From NCBI GenBank assembly GCA_039770155.1, contig JBDMZA010000668.1, forward strand, positions 1 to 58,047: a stretch of 58,047 nucleotides of DNA. The letters are read 5' to 3'. A program made the translations under genes and the position numbers. This stretch comes from Clostridiales bacterium (lineage in GTDB: Bacteria > Bacillota > Clostridia > Acetivibrionales > JBDMZA01). The notes below the pieces were generated by a model that made no database searches, was not told the DNA's origin, and saw only the letters and a program-made list of their open reading frames with translations. Of the stretch, positions 54,818-58,047 are shown in pieces (positions within the stretch are counted from its first letter, which is position 1; the number at the start of each line of letters is the position of its first letter).

Positions 54818-55845
54818 TATTTCACATCCTTATCGAAAGTGTAAATAAGCCTTTTAAGTAATCTAAAATTTTCTTGTAGTTCTCTATTTTTATTTTGCAA
54901 AAAAATTAATTCTTCACTTTCAATAATTGACACTTTCCCATCATTGTTTTCTTTTTTTAACTGTTCATTTTCTTCCAATAATTCTTTGTACTCCTGTTTT
55001 AACCCATCATTTTCTTTTTCTAATTCATCATTGACTGTTTCTAAGTTCCCATTTAATGCAAGTAAATTTTGTTTTTCTACTTTTAGTGTGAAATTTTCTT
55101 TTTTTAACTTATCATTTTCATCTGATAATTCTTCATCTCTTTCATTTGCATTGGTACTTTTTATAATTAACTTAAATTTTAAATCTTCAATTTCCTTTTT
55201 TAGTTCGATGTTTTCTGCTTTTAAATCTGAGTGAGCATAAAATAAATTTTTGTAATCTACTAATTTCTCTAAAATAGATTCATGTGTCTCATAAGATACA
55301 TAAATTGGTTCTGCTGCATTTCCTACCATACGTTTTATGTTTCCATTAACAATTTCAATTAATGTTTCTATCTCCTTTATTTCTTCACTTTTATCATTCG
55401 CTGGTTGTAAATAAAACTCATCTTCACTCATTTTTGCTAATTCATCCTCAGAAACATAATTAGATAATCTGTTTTTTATTCTTCTATTTTCATATTCTAC
55501 TTTGTTTTTCTCATGAGTTAACTTTTTAGTATTTTCTTTTAACTGCCTATTTTCTTCTTTCAATGATTCAATCGATACCTTTAAACCATCTTTAGATTTT
55601 AGGGAATCTTTTAATTCAGCATTTTCCCTATGTAGCCTAGAATTTAAATCTTTTAAATACGAAAATAAATCAATTAAATTTTTGTAGTTTTCTAACTTTT
55701 TAGCAATAGTTTCAATTAAGGAACAATCTGAATCAATTGATTCCACTTCTAATGTTTCCGCTTGCTGCAATTGCCCAAGTAATATATTTATTTCTTTTTT
55801 TTCTTCTGAACTATTATCCTTTTTACTGTTTTCCATTTCTAACAT
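54817..55845 (-). CDS. Long coiled-coil protein (E/K/N-rich)
   Basis: Heptad-like low-complexity sequence runs throughout. The function is unknown. Confidence 0.5.
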   Translation of the reverse strand: MLEMENSKKDNSSEEKKEINILLGQLQQAETLEVESIDSDCSLIETIAKKLENYKNLIDLFSYLKDLNSRLHRENAELKDSLKSKDGLKVSIESLKEENRQLKENTKKLTHEKNKVEYENRRIKNRLSNYVSEDELAKMSEDEFYLQPANDKSEEIKEIETLIEIVNGNIKRMVGNAAEPIYVSYETHESILEKLVDYKNLFYAHSDLKAENIELKKEIEDLKFKLIIKSTNANERDEELSDENDKLKKENFTLKVEKQNLLALNGNLETVNDELEKENDGLKQEYKELLEENEQLKKENNDGKVSIIESEELIFLQNKNRELQENFRLLKRLIYTFDKDVK

Positions 55846-56005
55846 TTCATCAACCCTTTCTTAATTTCTCGCTTAGCGGCTCTATATCTTCTATCATCCT
55901 CTAAGCAAAAATTACATCTTACTCGATTTTTTATTGATTTTCTAACTTTACAGCCTGTGCATATATTTTTTTCTTTTAAATATAAATATCTAATTTTATC
56001 ACTCA
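55838..56005 (-). CDS. Small Zn-ribbon protein (hand-called, 55 aa)
   Basis: Hand translation gives MSDKIRYLYLKEKNICTGCKVRK...RCNFCLEDD... It overlaps the downstream start by 8 nt. Confidence 0.35.
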
Positions 56006-56014
56006 TTTTTTTCT

Positions 56015-56182
56015 TCTAAATCTTTTTATATTGATATGTACAAAATAAGATACTATCGAAACTGTAAACAATATTTCAAAAACATCAACAGTTCCCATTG
56101 CAATGCTCCGGATGAAACTTGTGGCTATCAGAGCAAATAAAATATATGTAGCTATACAAAATAATAAATTGTAACCTTTCAT
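56015..56182 (-). CDS. Small two-TM peptide (hand-called, 55 aa)
   Basis: Hand translation gives MKGYNLLFCIATYILFALIATSFIRSIAMGTVDVFEILFTVSIVSYFGTYQYKKI. Confidence 0.35.
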
Positions 56183-56332
56183 TTAATCATCACCTTTCTC
56201 ATTTTTTTCTTTCTTTTTTCTAATTGAATCTAAAAGATAGAAAATTGAAATCAACATTAATACTGATAAGGAAAATTTAAAAATTGTTTCAGCAATCATA
56301 AGCAAGTCGACAAGTATATTATAGCGGTCCAT
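56183..56332 (-). CDS. Small one-TM peptide (hand-called, 49 aa)
   Basis: Hand translation gives MDRYNILVDLLMIAETIFKFSLSVLMLISIFYLLDSIRKKKEKNEKGDD. Its stop abuts the next ATG. Confidence 0.35.
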   Translation of the reverse strand: MDRYNILVDLLMIAETIFKFSLSVLMLISIFYLLDSIRKKKEKNEKGDD

Positions 56333-56374
56333 TTATATCAAATCCTTTCATTTCTTGTTATTTTCTAAATATTA

Positions 56375-56490
56375 CATATAATAGAGTGTGTCCAAAGGTG
56401 TCCAATTTCACTTTTTCTTTTTACCTATAATACCTTATAATAAAAGGCATTCAAGACATATAATAAAGACTGTCCAAAGGTGTCCAATTT
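56375..56490. promoter_or_regulatory. Two 34-bp direct repeats (56375-56408 and 56457-56490), each containing a tandem TGTCCAA-AGG-TGTCCAA; operator/promoter candidates
   Basis: The copies read CATATAATAGAGTGTGTCCAAAGGTGTCCAATTT and CATATAATAAAGACTGTCCAAAGGTGTCCAATTT. Confidence 0.6.
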
Positions 56491-56839
56491 ATATCCTTTC
56501 ATTTATCCTTTTTATTTTTTCGAAAATTTCAGGAGGTAGTTTTTCTTTAATTGAGTTTAATTCAGTTAAGGAAAGATACTCTTCGTGGAGTTCATACCCA
56601 CCGTCATAACCTCCATATGTCCGTAAGTCATACCCTAGAGACAATATAGTTTTTTTCCAATTGCTTATCACCCTGGTCTTAACTCCAAGGCTTGCTGCAA
56701 TTTCTGGCATTTTCATTCTTCTATCTTTGTTTTCTCTTAACAGTTTAATCATCTTTATCGCGTTGTTTTCTACTCCCATACTACTCACCTTTCTTCGAAT
56801 ATATAATCCTGTCATGGTAGTCATACTTTTGTATATCAT
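56489..56839 (-). CDS. HTH_11/DeoR-N-like winged-helix regulator
   Basis: The sequence is IKLLRENKDRRMKMPEIAASLGVKTRVISNWKKTILSLGYDL. Confidence 0.55.
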   Translation of the reverse strand: MIYKSMTTMTGLYIRRKVSSMGVENNAIKMIKLLRENKDRRMKMPEIAASLGVKTRVISNWKKTILSLGYDLRTYGGYDGGYELHEEYLSLTELNSIKEKLPPEIFEKIKRINERI

Positions 56840-56963
56840 TACGACTACCTGTCAATAAGTCATATTGAAACTCTATTTCTTTGTAATTACCAAGGAGATC
56901 CTTATAAATTACAATATCTTTCTTTTCATCAAACTTGTCTTTCATTTCATCAAATTCTTTCAT
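56781..56963 (-). CDS. Hypothetical small protein
   Basis: The first ORF downstream of the non-coding origin region on the minus strand. Confidence 0.4.
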   Translation of the reverse strand: MKEFDEMKDKFDEKKDIVIYKDLLGNYKEIEFQYDLLTGSRNDIQKYDYHDRIIYSKKGE

Positions 56964-57038
56964 TGATGTACAAATCCTTTCTCTTTATCTTTCTTCTATT
57001 ATACTATATAGCATAAGATAAGTAAAGACTTGAACACT

Positions 57039-57072
57039 AAAAAAAGACTCTTTTCCAAAAGTCTTTTTTTTT
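57039..57072. terminator. Bidirectional terminator-like hairpin
   Basis: The stem aagactctttt / aaaagtctt is flanked by an A7 run and a T9 run. Confidence 0.6.
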
Positions 57073-57363
57073 GGTTCAATACCTCAGAAATATTGAACAT
57101 TGAAACGATAAACTTAAGCTTATTACTGTTTTTTTCGATAAGGAACTACAATGAAACGTATTACTTTATATAAATTTATTATGGAAAATAATGTTGCCTC
57201 TATTATAACATAAGTTCCAAAACTCTGCAATGTACAAAAATAAAAAAAGTATAAAGCTGGTCAAAACTTTATACTTTTAGTTTATCATTTTTTTCATTGA
57301 TATAACAATCATAAAAACATTATATTTTATTTTTGGAAATACTTCAATATATTATTTTTTCAA

Positions 57364-57459
57364 AATTTACATTCCATTATGGTCAGATTAATCTTTTCCT
57401 TTTTAACTGAGTCTTTTTCTGCATTCTTGCCAATTTACATTCCAATATGGTGGGATTAA
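57364..57459 (-). CRISPR. Candidate mini-CRISPR array: two 28-nt repeats (25/28 identical) separated by one 40-nt spacer
   Basis: R1 (57364-57391) is AATTTACATTCCATTATGGTCAGATTAA. R2 (57432-57459) is AATTTACATTCCAATATGGTGGGATTAA. On the minus strand both end in GGAATGTAAAT(T), like clostridial type I-B repeats as remembered. Confidence 0.45.
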
Positions 57460-57548
57460 ATACAACTCTTGTTAAGGTTCAAGTAATTATGTCTTAAATT
57501 ATATTTTATTTTTTGAAATACTTCAATACTTCAATATTTTTTTCTAAA

Positions 57549-58047
57549 GGTTAACCTGAAAAGTTTAGGTTAACTTAATCTAAAAAAAGTTAACCAGTTA
57601 AAGAAAACCATCTATCAGGCTCTAATAGATTGAAAATAGGGTTAACTTTTTGGTTAACTTTTAGGTTTTCCTTAACTGAAAAATGATAGGGGGTAACTTT
57701 TTAAATTTTAAAAAAGTTACTTTAATATATCAAAAAGTTACCCCACTCAAACCAAGTTATATCAATGACTTAAAACTACTTTTTTTAAATCGGGGTAACT
57801 TTTGCAGGTTACCCCCTCTAGCCCACTGATAGACTTAAAAAATGCATTTTTTTGATAGGGGTAACTTTTTTTTTGAAATATAGATATATATATGTAATAT
57901 ATTTATTATTATTACTTATATATATATATAATATTATTATTAAAAGTTACCTTATAAATAAATATATATATATAGTACTAATAGCCTAAAAACAGGGGTA
58001 ACTTTTGGGGTAACTTTGGGGTAACTTTTGCTAGTTTAAAAAGTTAC
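57549..58047. repeat. Iteron array of the replication origin (GGGGTAACTT / GGTTAACTT, direct and inverted)
   Basis: GGGGTAACTT occurs at 57690, 57792, 57858, 57995, 58007 and 58018. GG(G)TTAACTT occurs at 57568, 57639 and 57652. Inverted copies occur at 57588, 57733 and 57807. A palindromic GGTTAACC is at 57549. Confidence 0.75.
57875..57985. other. (TA)n / AT-rich tract; candidate DNA unwinding element
   Basis: The sequence is almost pure A/T with tatatatata runs and is embedded between iterons. Confidence 0.6.

Noticed and set aside
1-58047. An integrase/attP lysogeny module, a diversity-generating retroelement or a retron.
   Set aside because: No ORF shows tyrosine- or serine-recombinase motifs or reverse-transcriptase motifs (YxDD). 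The tail-fibre region has no template/variable repeat pair that I could see.

Overview
This window appears to be one complete, circularly closed genome. Nucleotides 1-41 are identical to 58007-58047, so the unique length is about 58,006 bp. It is a very AT-rich tailed phage with siphovirus-like gene order, and the codon and repeat style suggests a low-GC Firmicute or Fusobacterium-type host.

Layout:
- (a) A non-coding region of about 1.3 kb (56964-58047 plus 1-188) holds terminators, a two-repeat CRISPR-like mini-array, at least 7 direct GGGGTAACTT iterons plus GGTTAACTT variants and inverted copies, and a (TA)n-rich unwinding element.
- (b) A plus-strand early block (189-7694) encodes a MerR-type HTH, a large Rep/helicase-like protein, an XRE regulator, a membrane-anchored FtsK/SpoIIIE-type translocase and many small Zn-ribbon proteins.
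- (c) A minus-strand accessory and replication-recombination block (7932-20493) encodes a GIY-YIG nuclease, a PAPS-reductase-family gene broken by one in-frame TAA, a DEDD exonuclease, a DUF1874-like protein, an ERCC4 nuclease, a RecD-like SF1 helicase, an AbrB-like protein and RecT. Reiterated consensus promoters sit between these genes.
- (d) A plus-strand lysis cassette (20810-22227) encodes a membrane protein and an amidase_3 endolysin.
- (e) A minus-strand virion block (22289-53880) encodes tail fibre, baseplate proteins, a 1014-aa tape measure, frameshifted G/GT chaperones, major tail protein, connectors, HK97-fold capsid, scaffold, MuF-like protein, portal, TerL and TerS.

The most unusual feature is an insertion of about 11 kb between the MuF-like gene and the scaffold gene. 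It contains a near-complete pseudaminic-acid pathway, a CDP-ribitol branch, three candidate glyco/phosphotransferases, and a Rha/DnaG-primase cassette with its own promoter.

No integrase, recombinase or partition ATPase is visible. Together with the iteron origin, this suggests a plasmid-like (phage-plasmid) or strictly lytic lifestyle.

All family assignments come from motif reading by eye. No database search was run.
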